64,000 nucleotides of DNA. Source: Alphaproteobacteria bacterium. Lineage in GTDB: Bacteria > Pseudomonadota > Alphaproteobacteria > UBA828. Shown here in pieces: positions 8,636 to 20,246 of this stretch. The stretch covers positions 3,232,001 through 3,296,000 of the forward strand of contig OZ243972.1 of assembly GCA_965214705.1 (NCBI GenBank). Reading direction: 5' to 3'. Made by a program: the position numbers and the translations under genes. The number at the start of each line of letters is the position of its first letter. Positions within the stretch are counted from its first letter, which is position 1. The notes beneath the pieces are model-generated. The model worked only from the letters and a program-made list of their open reading frames with translations. It was not told the DNA's origin and did no database searches.

Positions 8636-10837
8636 CAGGGCGAATTTGTCCAAGCCTGATTTTTGAGTTCTGCGCTACGAGTTGACCTTGGGTCTGGTCA
8701 GCGCGCGCCAACCCTGCTATGGATTGAGGCGACTGGATTCGCGGTGTTCTGCTGCGGATCGGCTTCGAGCAGGGGGACGGTTTCTACGGTGGATCTTTCC
8801 GAGGTCGATGTCGCTGCTGTCCGGCCGGAGGACGAGGCCCGGTTCCGCGCGCTGATGGAGGGGCATCACTACCTGGGTGCGTCTGCGAAGGTGGGGGCGA
8901 CGGCGTGGTACGTCGCCCATCGGCGCGGCGAGTGGCTGGCGCTGGCCGTGTTTTCGGCTGCGGCGCGCAAGTGCCGGGCGCGGGACGAGTGGATCGGCTG
9001 GGACTTCCGCACGCAGCACGGGCGGCTGCATCTGATCGCGAACAACGCGCGCTTCCTGATCCTGCCGGGACGGGGTGTTCCGAACCTCGGCTCGCGGGTG
9101 CTGGGGCTTTGCGCGCGGCGCTTGGCGCGCGACTGGCCGGCCCGCTTCGGCCACCCCGTGCTGATGCTGGAAACATTCGTGGACGCGGCGAGGTTCCGGG
9201 GCACGGTCTACCGGGCGGCTGGATGGCTGGCGGTCGGCCAGACCCGCGGCTTCCGGCGCCACCGCTCGGGCTATGTCGCCGGCTCGACGCCGAAGCTTGT
9301 GCTGCTGCGCCCCCTGGTTCCCGACGCCTGCCGCCGGCTGTCCGCTGCCGGGCTGGATCGGGAGTTGTGGAAGAAAGGAGTTCCGAGAACCATGATCAGC
9401 GCCGCTCAGCAAGAGTCGCTCTACGCCTACTTCAAGGACATCGACGACCCCCGCACGCGCAAGGGACGGCGGCATTCGCTGCCCAGCGTGCTCGCGCTTG
9501 CGAGTGGCGCGACGCTCTGCGGCATGCGAGGCTGGAAGGCCATCTCCGAGTGGGTCGACGATCTCGGCGAGAAGGCGCTGGCCCGCTTCGGCGTGCGGCT
9601 GCGCGACGGGGTGCGCCGGCCGCCTTCGATGTCGACCATCCGCAATGTGGTGATCCGGGTGGACCCGGACCAGTTGGACGAGGCGTTGCGCAAGTGGCAG
9701 GAGGCCCACGGCTCAGGCGACGCGGCGCTTGCCATCGACGGCAAGACCCTGAGGGGGGCCATCGACGAGGACGGGACCCAGGCTCATGTCATGAGCGCGG
9801 TCGGGCACGAGACCAAGGCCACGCTCGCCCAAAAAAACTTCTCCTGAAAGTCGGGGCCGACGAGGAGACAAAGCGCACCAACGAGATCGGCACCGTGACG
9901 GCGCTGGTGGACCTGATCCCGAACATCGCGGGCAAGACGGTCACGACGGACGCGCTGCTAACCCAGCGCAAGTTCGCCCGCTACCTGCTCGACCGGGGCG
10001 CGCACTTCATGTTCATCGTGAAAGGGAACCAGAAGACCATGCGGGACGATGTGACGCTGCTCTTCGAAGAGGCGCCGGAGCGTGAGCCTGACTTCGAGGA
10101 GGAGGCCGCGCTGTCGCACGGACGCATCGAGCAGCGGGCAATCTGGACGAGCACGGAGTTGAACGGCTTTCTCGACTTCCCGGGCGTCGGCCAGGTCTTC
10201 ATGATCGAGCGCTCCCGCCAGGACAAGAAGACCGGCGAGACCGGCACCGAGACCGCCTACGGGATCTCCAGCCACACGCCCGGCACGGCCAACGCGCAGA
10301 GCCTGCTCGCCCTCAACCGCGGCCACTGGTGCATCGAGAACAGCTCGCACCACTGCCTCGACTGGACCTGGGACGAGGACCGCAGCCGCATACGCACAGG
10401 CTTCGGCCCCGAGAACATGACCCGCCTGCGGCGCTTCGCCATCGGCCTGATCAAGGGCCGGGGGCTCGAGGTCGCCTCGACCGTGCGCAGGCTCGCCCGC
10501 AACGTCCGCGCCGTCCTCGACTTCCTGAAAATGACCGGGAACACCCAGCCGAGGACCGCAAAGCGCGCCGCGCCGGCCTGAACCCCGGCGCCCGGCAAGC
10601 CGGGCGCAAAGATCGTACCTGCCTCGCTCCCGACCACGCCGGTGGCGCGATCCATCATGTCGGGGCACCGCCAAATCGCGACGGCACCGCCCGCACCGCC
10701 CACACGGTAATGCCAGAACCCTCTGACCGAACCGGATGCTCGGCCAGACCCCGCCGCAAACCCCGCAACAAAGCCGATCCGCACAACCCGTGGCCAGAAC
10801 TCAACTGCCTACCAGCCGCTTGGACAAATTTGCCCTG
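8636..10837 (+). mobile_element. Complete ISAs1-family insertion sequence (2202 bp) with DUF4338 fusion
   Basis: 20-bp TIRs CAGGGCGAATTTGTCCAAGC (8636-8655) / GCTTGGACAAATTTGCCCTG (10818-10837), 19/20 identical; 10-bp TSD GCGCAGGGAG at 8626-8635 and 10838-10847. Confidence 0.93.
8789..10581 (+). CDS. DUF4338-ISAs1 DDE transposase split by a -1 frameshift at 9832-9838
   Basis: ORF A: HHYLG, RDEWIGW, NNARFLILP, LETFVD (DUF4338), then DDPR and AIDGKTLRG; ORF B (-1 frame): NEIG, TDALLTQ, VKGNQ, HWCIEN, EDRSR. Confidence 0.85.
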
Positions 10838-10897
10838 GCGCAGGGAGGGAGGTTCCGTACGCCGGCCTTGCGCCGAGACGACGATGCGCTGCCGGGA

Positions 10898-11503
10898 CTA
10901 AAGGACGGCGTCCTTGCCCAACAGCGCCGCGCGGAAGCGGTCCTTGAGGTAGGCGCCGTCGCGGGGCGGGAGGACGCGGGGCAGGGGCTCGGCGTGCACC
11001 TTCACCGTGAGGAAGGTCGGGCCGGGCGTCTCGTGCACCAGCGGGAGCGCGGCGCGGAGGCCGGCTTCGTCCGCGACCTGCTGCGCCTCGACGAAGCCAC
11101 AGGCGGCGGCTGCGGCGGCGAGATCGGTGCGGTGCGCGGTGTGGGTGGGCTGCATCCCGGTCTCGCCATGGCGCTCGTTGTCGAGCACGACGACGGCGAG
11201 ATTGGGCGGCGCCTGGGACGCGATGGTGGCGAGGCTCGCGAGCCCCATCAGCATGTCGCCGTCGCCCGTCAGCACCAGCACGCGGCGCGCGGGCTGCGCC
11301 AGGGCGAGACCGAGCCCGATCATCGACGCATTGCCCATGGCGCCCCAGAGCGAGAAGTGCAGCGGATTGTCGCCGAGCGCGGCACAGTCCCAGGTGGCAG
11401 AGCCCAGGCCGGGAACCACAAGCACGTCGTCGCGGCCTTCGAGCAGAACCGCCGTCGCCGTGCGCCGGTCCAGGGTCGTCTCGGGCCGTTCCCTGCCGCT
11501 CAT
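10898..11503 (-). CDS. TPP-dependent decarboxylase beta subunit (sulfopyruvate/phosphonopyruvate decarboxylase, ComE-like)
   Basis: GDGDMLM...DN TPP-binding motif; WGAMG. Confidence 0.8.
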   Translation of the reverse strand: MSGRERPETTLDRRTATAVLLEGRDDVLVVPGLGSATWDCAALGDNPLHFSLWGAMGNASMIGLGLALAQPARRVLVLTGDGDMLMGLASLATIASQAPPNLAVVVLDNERHGETGMQPTHTAHRTDLAAAAAACGFVEAQQVADEAGLRAALPLVHETPGPTFLTVKVHAEPLPRVLPPRDGAYLKDRFRAALLGKDAVL

Positions 11504-12024
11504 CCGTCGAAGCTCTTGGCGCCGATCACGCGCTGGCCGATGAGGACCGCAGCCGCCGCCTGGCTTTCAAAGGCGATGGCGGCGGCGGCGGCGATGGTTT
11601 CGAAGGCGTCATCCGCGTCATCCACACGGGAGACGATCACGCCGCATTCTTCGAGATGGGCTGCGGTCCCCTGGCCCATGGGGAGCTGCCACGGATTGGT
11701 CTCGCCCCACTCACCCCGCATGGTGACGAGGCTGAGGAAGGGGAAGCGGCAGGTGCGGATCAGCGAGAGCGCGGCGACGCAGTTGCCGGCCCCGCTCGAC
11801 TGCATCAGCAGCGCCGCGCGCTCGCCGCCGAGCCAGGCGCCGGCGATCAGCGCGGGGCCTTCCTGCTCATGGGCCAGCAGCACCGTGCGCATGGTCTCGT
11901 CGGCCTCGCACAGGCCGAGCAGCGCCGACAGGCCGCCATCCGGCACGTAGGCGACCTGGCGCACGCCGGCCGCGCGCAGCGCCCGGTGGGCGTGGGCGCC
12001 CCAGCCGGAGGCAGTTCCGCTCAC
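11500..12024 (-). CDS. TPP-dependent decarboxylase alpha subunit (ComD-like)
   Basis: YVPD, HEQEG, LMQSSGAGN, MRGEWGE motifs; overlaps beta subunit by 4 nt. Confidence 0.8.
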   Translation of the reverse strand: MSGTASGWGAHAHRALRAAGVRQVAYVPDGGLSALLGLCEADETMRTVLLAHEQEGPALIAGAWLGGERAALLMQSSGAGNCVAALSLIRTCRFPFLSLVTMRGEWGETNPWQLPMGQGTAAHLEECGVIVSRVDDADDAFETIAAAAAIAFESQAAAAVLIGQRVIGAKSFDG

Positions 12025-12067
12025 CGGCGGTTCCGAACGTCGAGGATGGAGGAGGTACGCGCGCGGG

Positions 12068-12388
12068 CTATTCGGTGCTGACCTGGCCCTTCGCCTCGTC
12101 CAGCAGGCGCTCCATCTGCGTGCGGATCAGGTGATCGTCGGCCTCGATGCCCTTCTGCGTCAGGTCGCCGACCACCTTGCGGACCACGTCGTCGTCGCCC
12201 GGCTCCTCGAAATCGGCCATGACCACCTGCTTGGCGTAGGCCTCGGCATCGTCGCCCGCGATGCCCATCTTCTCCGCCGCCCACAGGCCGAGAAGCTTGT
12301 TGCGCCGGGCGATGACCTTGAACTGAAACTCCTGATCGTGCTTGAACTTCGCCTCGGCGGCTTTCTTGCGGTCATCGAACGTGTTCAT
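12068..12388 (-). CDS. DUF1476 protein (F1Fo-ATPase zeta inhibitor subunit)
   Basis: MNTFDDRKKAAEAKF...ARRNKLLGLWAA...ADFEEPGDDDV. Confidence 0.88.
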   Translation of the reverse strand: MNTFDDRKKAAEAKFKHDQEFQFKVIARRNKLLGLWAAEKMGIAGDDAEAYAKQVVMADFEEPGDDDVVRKVVGDLTQKGIEADDHLIRTQMERLLDEAKGQVSTE

Positions 12389-12487
12389 ACCCCAGGCTCC
12401 CAGCCGATGATTGGACGCGCGCGCATTGTGCCAGAGCGGCCCGCGCCGGTCCACGGCGGGCGCGGCCCCTTCGGCGGGTAAGGCGGC

Positions 12488-13237
12488 ATGTGCACACTTG
12501 TGATCCTGCGGCGCCCCGGCCACGACTGGCCGGTCGTGATCGCCGCCAACCGCGACGAGATGATCGACCGCGCGTGGCGGGGGCCGGACCGCCATTGGCC
12601 CGACCGGGCGCACGTGACCGCAGGCCAGGACGAGCTCGCCGGCGGAAGCTGGCTCGGCGTCAACGACGACGGCGTCTGCGCCGGCATCCTGAACCGCACC
12701 GGCGCGCTCGGGCCGGCGGCGGGCAAGCGCTCGCGGGGCGAGCTGGTGCTGGACGCGCTGGATCATGCCGATGCCGCGGCTGCGGCCATGGCACTCGCCG
12801 ATATCGACGGTGCGGCTTATCGCCCCTTCAACCTCGTGGTGGCCGATTCCGATGAGGCGTTCTGGCTGCGCCATGACGGCGGCAAGGCCCCTGTGTTTCA
12901 TGCGCTGCCGGAGGGGCTTTCCATGTTCACCGCGCGCGAGCGCAACGACGCGAACTCAGCGCGAATCCGAACCCATCTCGAGGACTTCGAGGGCGCGGCA
13001 CCGCCCGATCCCGAGCGGGGCGCGTGGGAGGACTGGGCCGCGTTGCTCGCACGGGGGGCGCGCGACTCGGGCGGCGACCCGGAGGCCGCCATGTGCATCG
13101 AGCCCGTCGGCGGATTCGGGACGGTCAACGCCTCGCTGATCGCGCTCCCGCGCCCTGGCCGGCCCGACACCGCCCCTGTGTGGCTTTTCGCGGCAGGGCC
13201 ACCGAATCGTCATCCATTTGAAAAGATTGAGATTTAG
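12488..13237 (+). CDS. NRDE / TANGO2 family protein
   Basis: MCTL start, AANRDE motif, GGSWLG. Confidence 0.9.
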   Translation: MCTLVILRRPGHDWPVVIAANRDEMIDRAWRGPDRHWPDRAHVTAGQDELAGGSWLGVNDDGVCAGILNRTGALGPAAGKRSRGELVLDALDHADAAAAAMALADIDGAAYRPFNLVVADSDEAFWLRHDGGKAPVFHALPEGLSMFTARERNDANSARIRTHLEDFEGAAPPDPERGAWEDWAALLARGARDSGGDPEAAMCIEPVGGFGTVNASLIALPRPGRPDTAPVWLFAAGPPNRHPFEKIEI

Positions 13238-13387
13238 AGCGCCATCGTGGCGGCCGATTCGCGCGGTCCGACCGGCACGACCGACAACAGGTAATTGTAC
13301 TGGCCCCCTGTTCTGACTATGTTGGCAACGTAACGGGCGGGCACGGCGCCGACCCGGCGTGATGCCCCCACATCGAGGATCCCCACC

Positions 13388-14161
13388 ATGTCCCGTCGCA
13401 GGCGGATCTACGAAGGCAAGGCGAAGGTCCTTTACGAAGGGCCCGAGCCCGGCACCCTGGTGCAGTACTTCAAGGACGACGCCACGGCCTTCAACAACAA
13501 GAAGCAGGGCGTGATAACCGGCAAGGGCGTGCTCAACAACCGCATCTCCGAGCACCTGATGGCGCGTCTCAACGAGATCGGCGTGCCCACCCATTTCATG
13601 CGCCGGCTCAACATGCGCGAGCAACTGATTCGCGAGGTGGAGATCATCCCGGTCGAGGTGATCATCCGCAACTACGCCGCCGGCACGCTGGTCAAGCGGC
13701 TCGGCCTCAAGGAGGGCGTCCAGCTGCCGCGCTCCATCGTCGAGTACTGCTACAAGAACGACGAGCTCGACGACCCGCTGGTCTCGGAGGAGCACATCAC
13801 CGCCTTCGGCTGGGCGACGCCCCAGGAGCTCGACGACATCCTCTCCATGTCACTCCGCATCAACGACTTCCTCAGCGGGCTGTTCCACGGCATCGGCATC
13901 AGGCTGGTGGACTTCAAGCTGGAGTTCGGTCGGCTCTGGCACGGCGAGGACATGCGCATCGTGCTCGCCGACGAGATCACGCCCGACAGCTGCCGGCTCT
14001 GGGATATCGAGACCAACGAGAAGCTGGACAAGGACCGCTTCCGCCGCGATCTCGGCCGGGTCTCCGAGGCCTATCAGGAGGTCGCCCGGCGGCTCGGCCT
14101 GATGCCGGAGACGGTGGTGCAGGCAGTGAACGGCGCCGGCAACGACGACGAGCGCGCGTGA
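13388..14161 (+). CDS. purC: SAICAR synthetase
   Basis: [40 protein letters not shown]. Confidence 0.97.
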   Translation: MSRRRRIYEGKAKVLYEGPEPGTLVQYFKDDATAFNNKKQGVITGKGVLNNRISEHLMARLNEIGVPTHFMRRLNMREQLIREVEIIPVEVIIRNYAAGTLVKRLGLKEGVQLPRSIVEYCYKNDELDDPLVSEEHITAFGWATPQELDDILSMSLRINDFLSGLFHGIGIRLVDFKLEFGRLWHGEDMRIVLADEITPDSCRLWDIETNEKLDKDRFRRDLGRVSEAYQEVARRLGLMPETVVQAVNGAGNDDERA

Positions 14162-14167
14162 GACCGC

Positions 14168-14410
14168 GTGCGAGCCCGAGTCCACATCACCCTCAAGCCC
14201 GGCGTTCTCGACCCCCAAGGCAAGGCGATCGCGAGCACGCTCGCCCGCATGGGATTCGCCGGCGTGGAGGACGTGCGTCAGGGCAAGTACCTGGAGCTCG
14301 ACCTCGCCGAGACCGACCCGGCAATCGCGAGGGAGCAGCTCGACGCCATGTGCGCGCGCCTGCTCGCGAATACCGTGATCGAGGACTACACCATCGACCT
14401 CGCCGAATGA
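14168..14410 (+). CDS. purS: FGAM synthase subunit PurS
   Basis: LKPGVLDPQGKA, LLANTVIEDY. Confidence 0.95.
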   Translation: MRARVHITLKPGVLDPQGKAIASTLARMGFAGVEDVRQGKYLELDLAETDPAIAREQLDAMCARLLANTVIEDYTIDLAE

Positions 14411-14427
14411 GCCGGCCCGCCGCGTCA

Positions 14428-14676
14428 GACTCCCCGGACCTTGTTCCGGTGCACGGGGCGCGGCGCCCGCGCCACGATCGCGCCATGTTGCGCGAGGGAA
14501 AGCGGGGCACGGCAATCCGAAGCGAGGCGAACGAGCGCGGGGCGGGGGCTGCGTTGATGGCCGCGGATCGCGCTAACGCCGCGGCTATGGGCGGTGGTCG
14601 CATGTCCCCCGCAATCTCAGCCATCCCGCTTAATCCCGGCGTAGCCCGGATAAAATTTGTTTGCACGCTGTCCCAC
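14428..14676 (+). repeat. Dispersed element copy 1 (60-nt head + ~10-bp periodic tail)
   Basis: Head aligns without gaps to 31956-32015 and 59411-59352; tail ATCCCGCTTAATCCCGGCGT is shared with ~32126-32145. Confidence 0.7.
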
Positions 14677-14837
14677 CTCTCCCTGTCCCTCTCCCCCCGA
14701 AGGGCGGAGAGGGGACGTAGGCGGCGCAGCCCGTTCTTCCGTTTCTCTCCCTGGGGCGGAGAGGGGACGCAGGCGGCACCAACCTTTTCTCCCTCTCCTC
14801 CCCTCGGGGGAGGAGAGGGTCGGGGTGAGGAGGGGGG
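14671..14837. repeat. REP-like palindromic cluster (CCCTCTCCC...GGAGAGGG type)
   Basis: Three related hairpin units; inverted homolog at 35534-35638. Confidence 0.75.
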
Positions 14838-14870
14838 TCTTCTTCGCGCTTTCTCGGCCGGCAGTCCGCG

Positions 14871-15556
14871 ATGAGAGCCGCCGTCGTCGTCTTTCCCGGC
14901 TCCAACTGCGACCGCGACGTGATGGTGGCGCTGGAGGCCAGTACAGGCCGGGCGCCGGCGATGGTCTGGCACGACGAGACCGCGCTGCCGGCCTGCGATC
15001 TGATCGTGCTGCCCGGTGGCTTCGCCCATGGTGACTATCTGCGCGCGGGCGCCATGGCGGCGCGCTCGCCGGTGATGGCGGACGTGGTGAAGCGGGCGAA
15101 GGCGGGCGTGCATGTCCTGGCCATCTGCAACGGCTTCCAGGTGGCGACCGAGGCCGGGCTGCTACCGGGCGCGCTGATGCGCAACGCCGGGCTCCGCTTC
15201 GTCTGCCGCTGGGTGAGCCTGCGCGTGGAAGAGGCCGCCAGCCCGTTCACCACCGGCTACGAGGCCGGGCAGGTGGTGCGGATGCCGGTCGCCCACCACG
15301 AGGGCAATTACTGTGCCGACGAGGAGACGCTGGCCCGGCTGGAAGGCGAGGGGCTGGTGGCGTTCCGCTACGTGGGCGACGACGGCGCGGCCGATGGCGA
15401 GGCCAACCCCAACGGCTCCGCCGCCGACATCGCGGGCATCCTCAACTCAGCGCGGACGGTGCTCGGCTTGATGCCGCATCCGGAGCGCGCTGCGGAGCCT
15501 GCGCTGGGCGGCGCCGACGGGCGCGCCATGTTCGATCACCTGGTGGAGGCGCTCTC

Positions 15557-15560
<4 letters not shown>
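14871..15560 (+). CDS. purQ: FGAM synthase glutaminase subunit
   Basis: [30 protein letters not shown]. Confidence 0.97.
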
Positions 15561-17818
<2,258 letters not shown>

Positions 17819-17855
17819 GCGCACCCGCAGACCGCAACGCCTGAGAGAACCGCCG

Positions 17856-18095
17856 ATGCCCATGGACGTTCAGGAGATCGAGCAGCTCATTCGAGAGGCA
17901 CTCCCTGACGCCCAGATTCATATCGACGACCTGCGCGGCGACGGCGATCACTACGCGGCGCGCGTGGTTTCGGCCTCGTTCGCCGGCAAGTCGCGGGTGG
18001 AGCAGCACCAGATGGTCTATCGCGCGCTACGCGGGCGGATGGGCGATCAGCTGCACGCGCTCGCGCTTCAGACCAGCATCCCGACGGACGCGTAA
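17856..18095 (+). CDS. bolA: BolA family protein
   Basis: GDGDHY, FAGKSRVEQH, LHAL. Confidence 0.92.
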   Translation: MPMDVQEIEQLIREALPDAQIHIDDLRGDGDHYAARVVSASFAGKSRVEQHQMVYRALRGRMGDQLHALALQTSIPTDA

Positions 18096-18122
18096 CCATC
18101 TGAGAATGAAAGGGGATTTCGC

Positions 18123-18476
18123 ATGATCGAGGCCACGACCAGTGCGCCGGTCGAGAACCGAATCCGGGGCCTCATCGACGAGCACGATGTCGTCCTGTTC
18201 ATGAAGGGGACGCCCGTGTTTCCGCAGTGCGGGTTCTCCGCCACGGTGGTGCAGATGCTCTCGCTGCTCGGCGTCCGCTTCAAGGGCTTCGACGTGCTCG
18301 AGGACCCCGAGGTGCGTCAGGGCATCAAGAGCTTCAGCGACTGGCCGACGATCCCGCAGCTCTACGTCAAGGGCGAGTTCGTGGGCGGTTGCGACATCGT
18401 GCGCGAGATGTACGAGACCGGCGAGCTTTCGGAGTTGCTGAGCACCAGGGGCATCAGCGTCGAGCCCCGCGTTTGA
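18123..18476 (+). CDS. grxD: Monothiol glutaredoxin (Grx4)
   Basis: CGFS active site, [13 protein letters not shown]. Confidence 0.95.
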   Translation: MIEATTSAPVENRIRGLIDEHDVVLFMKGTPVFPQCGFSATVVQMLSLLGVRFKGFDVLEDPEVRQGIKSFSDWPTIPQLYVKGEFVGGCDIVREMYETGELSELLSTRGISVEPRV

Positions 18477-18817
18477 CCCCACCCGCGCCGGCGGTCATCG
18501 CCAGCTACCACGCCCACGTCTACTACGAGCCTGCGACGCGGCCGACCGCCGCGGTGGTCAGGACCGACCTGATCGCGCGCTTCCCCGTGCGGCTCGGGCG
18601 CTGGCGCGACAAGCTGGTCGGGCCGCACCCGATGCACATGTTCCAGGTGGCGTTCGAGCCGGCGCTGTTCGCCGCGTTCGTGCCCTGGCTCATGCTCAAC
18701 CGCCGGGGCCACTCGGTGCTGGTCCATCCCAACACCGGCGACGATCTCGCCGATCACCGCGACTACCCGCTCTGGCTCGGGGAAAAGCTCGCCCTCGACT
18801 TCAGCGTGTTCGATTGA
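18473..18817 (+). CDS. DOPA 4,5-dioxygenase family protein
   Basis: YHAHVYY, GPHP, WLMLNR, LVHP, WLG; TTG start overlapping grxD stop is inferred. Confidence 0.85.
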   Translation: MTPPAPAVIASYHAHVYYEPATRPTAAVVRTDLIARFPVRLGRWRDKLVGPHPMHMFQVAFEPALFAAFVPWLMLNRRGHSVLVHPNTGDDLADHRDYPLWLGEKLALDFSVFD

Positions 18818-18852
18818 CGGCACAGGGAGATTGGCCTATGTTTGGCATATGT
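18814..18852 (+). promoter_or_regulatory. vapBC promoter with tandem 11-bp operator-like repeats
   Basis: TTGACG-N17-TATGTT; TTGGCCTATGT (18831-18841) and TTGGCATATGT (18842-18852) overlap the -10. Confidence 0.6.
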
Positions 18853-18879
18853 CGATCTCGTCGGGAGGGTGAGTAGGAC

Positions 18880-19122
18880 ATGTCGGTGCCCGCACGTCAC
18901 GCCCGCCTGTTCCGCAATGGTCGCAATCAGGCAGTGCGAATTCCACGCGAGTTCGAGCTGGCGGCTGACGAGGTCGTCATCTATCAAGAGGACCGCCGCC
19001 TGGTCATCGAGCCTGTCGAGCGCCGGCCTTCACTCGCCGCTGTGCTGGCGACGCTAGAGCCCTTGGACGAAGATTTCCCGGAGATCGACGATCCACCGAC
19101 GGAGCCGGAAGACATCTTCTAG
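18880..19122 (+). CDS. vapB: VapB antitoxin (AbrB/MazE fold)
   Basis: LFRNGRNQAVRIPREF motif, acidic tail. Confidence 0.9.
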   Translation: MSVPARHARLFRNGRNQAVRIPREFELAADEVVIYQEDRRLVIEPVERRPSLAAVLATLEPLDEDFPEIDDPPTEPEDIF

Positions 19123-19123
19123 T

Positions 19124-19528
19124 ATGGCCGCGCTTCGGTACCTACTTGATACCAACGTCGTATCTCAGCTTGTTCGGCACCCCGGCGGTAAAGTGGCCCG
19201 GCGCATAGCCGCTCTCGAGCCTGGAAGCGTAGCAGTCAGCGTGATCGTAGCAGCCGAGCTTCGCTACGGCGCCTACCGCCGCGGTTCCACACGCTTGATG
19301 GAACAGTTGGAAGTATTGCTCTCTGTGATCGACGTGCTTCCTTTGGAGGTGCCAGCCGATCAGCACTACGGAGAGATTCGAAGCAACCTGGAACGCAGCG
19401 GTAAACCCATTGGCCGCAACGACCTACTGATCGCCGCGCACGCGAGAGCGCTCGGCGTGACGCTGGTCACTAATAACGTCGGCGAATTCCGTCGCGTCCC
19501 TGATCTTGCGGTCGAGGACTGGCAGTAG
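19124..19528 (+). CDS. vapC: VapC PIN-domain toxin
   Basis: YLLDTN, AELRYG, NDLLIAAHA, LVTNN, EFRRV. Confidence 0.93.
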   Translation: MAALRYLLDTNVVSQLVRHPGGKVARRIAALEPGSVAVSVIVAAELRYGAYRRGSTRLMEQLEVLLSVIDVLPLEVPADQHYGEIRSNLERSGKPIGRNDLLIAAHARALGVTLVTNNVGEFRRVPDLAVEDWQ

Positions 19529-19562
19529 TTAGCTGGGCGTGGACTGAGGCTGGGGCTGGCGC

Positions 19563-20153
19563 TCAGCGCTCCAGCCAGAGCTCGGGCACCGGGCCACTGC
19601 CGCCTGCGAGCGGATCGGTCGCGGGCAGCGGGACCGCGGCGATGGAGGTCCTGATCGCGGGCATCTCCGCATCGCCCACGACCTTGAGCTCCAGGCCCTC
19701 GGTATCGTCCCGCGCGCTCGAGACCTCTGCATCCTGGTTCGACAGCACGCAAAGGTCCGGCTGCTGCCCCGGCGGGTAGGCGCCCACGCTGACGTAGCCC
19801 GGTTTGTCGTCGAGCCGGCAGTGCACGACGCCGGCGGGGATCAGCACGGCATCGCCGGCCTGCACGTCGACCACCGGCCCCTTCGGCCCGCCGAACTGAA
19901 GCTGCGCCGCGCCGCGCGCGCAGCCCACGACCTCGTGCGCAATCGAGTGATAGTGGTGAAAGGGGAAGGTATCGCCGCGAAAGCCGTCGCCCCAGCCGTT
20001 GGAGTCGAAGTGGCGCTCGACCGCAGCCTCCGGCTCATCGCCGTCTCCGACATCGATGGCGCCCCGATAGACGATCAGCGGCAGCGCCCCGTTGTTGGGG
20101 CTGGTGCCGGCTTCCTTCAGCAGATGATGCTCGAATGCCAACGTGCCCATCAC
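19563..20153 (-). CDS. Cupin-domain protein (YjlB-like)
   Basis: FHHYHSIAHEV, IPAGVVH, VGAYPPGQ. Confidence 0.8.
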   Translation of the reverse strand: MMGTLAFEHHLLKEAGTSPNNGALPLIVYRGAIDVGDGDEPEAAVERHFDSNGWGDGFRGDTFPFHHYHSIAHEVVGCARGAAQLQFGGPKGPVVDVQAGDAVLIPAGVVHCRLDDKPGYVSVGAYPPGQQPDLCVLSNQDAEVSSARDDTEGLELKVVGDAEMPAIRTSIAAVPLPATDPLAGGSGPVPELWLER

Positions 20154-20246
20154 GCTCCTCCCTTACCCTCTGAACCTGAGAGGGAGACAAAAGCCGGGAT
20201 GAAGCGCCCTGTCAATCGGCAGGGCGAGGCCGTGAGCGCGCGGGGG

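Noticed and set aside
8789-9400. Complete Druantia system
   Set aside because: Only the DUF4338 domain is present, inside IS boundaries; no DruE-like helicase
13238-13387. Purine/ZTP riboswitch upstream of purC
   Set aside because: No recognisable aptamer motifs or terminator by eye; an Rfam scan would settle it
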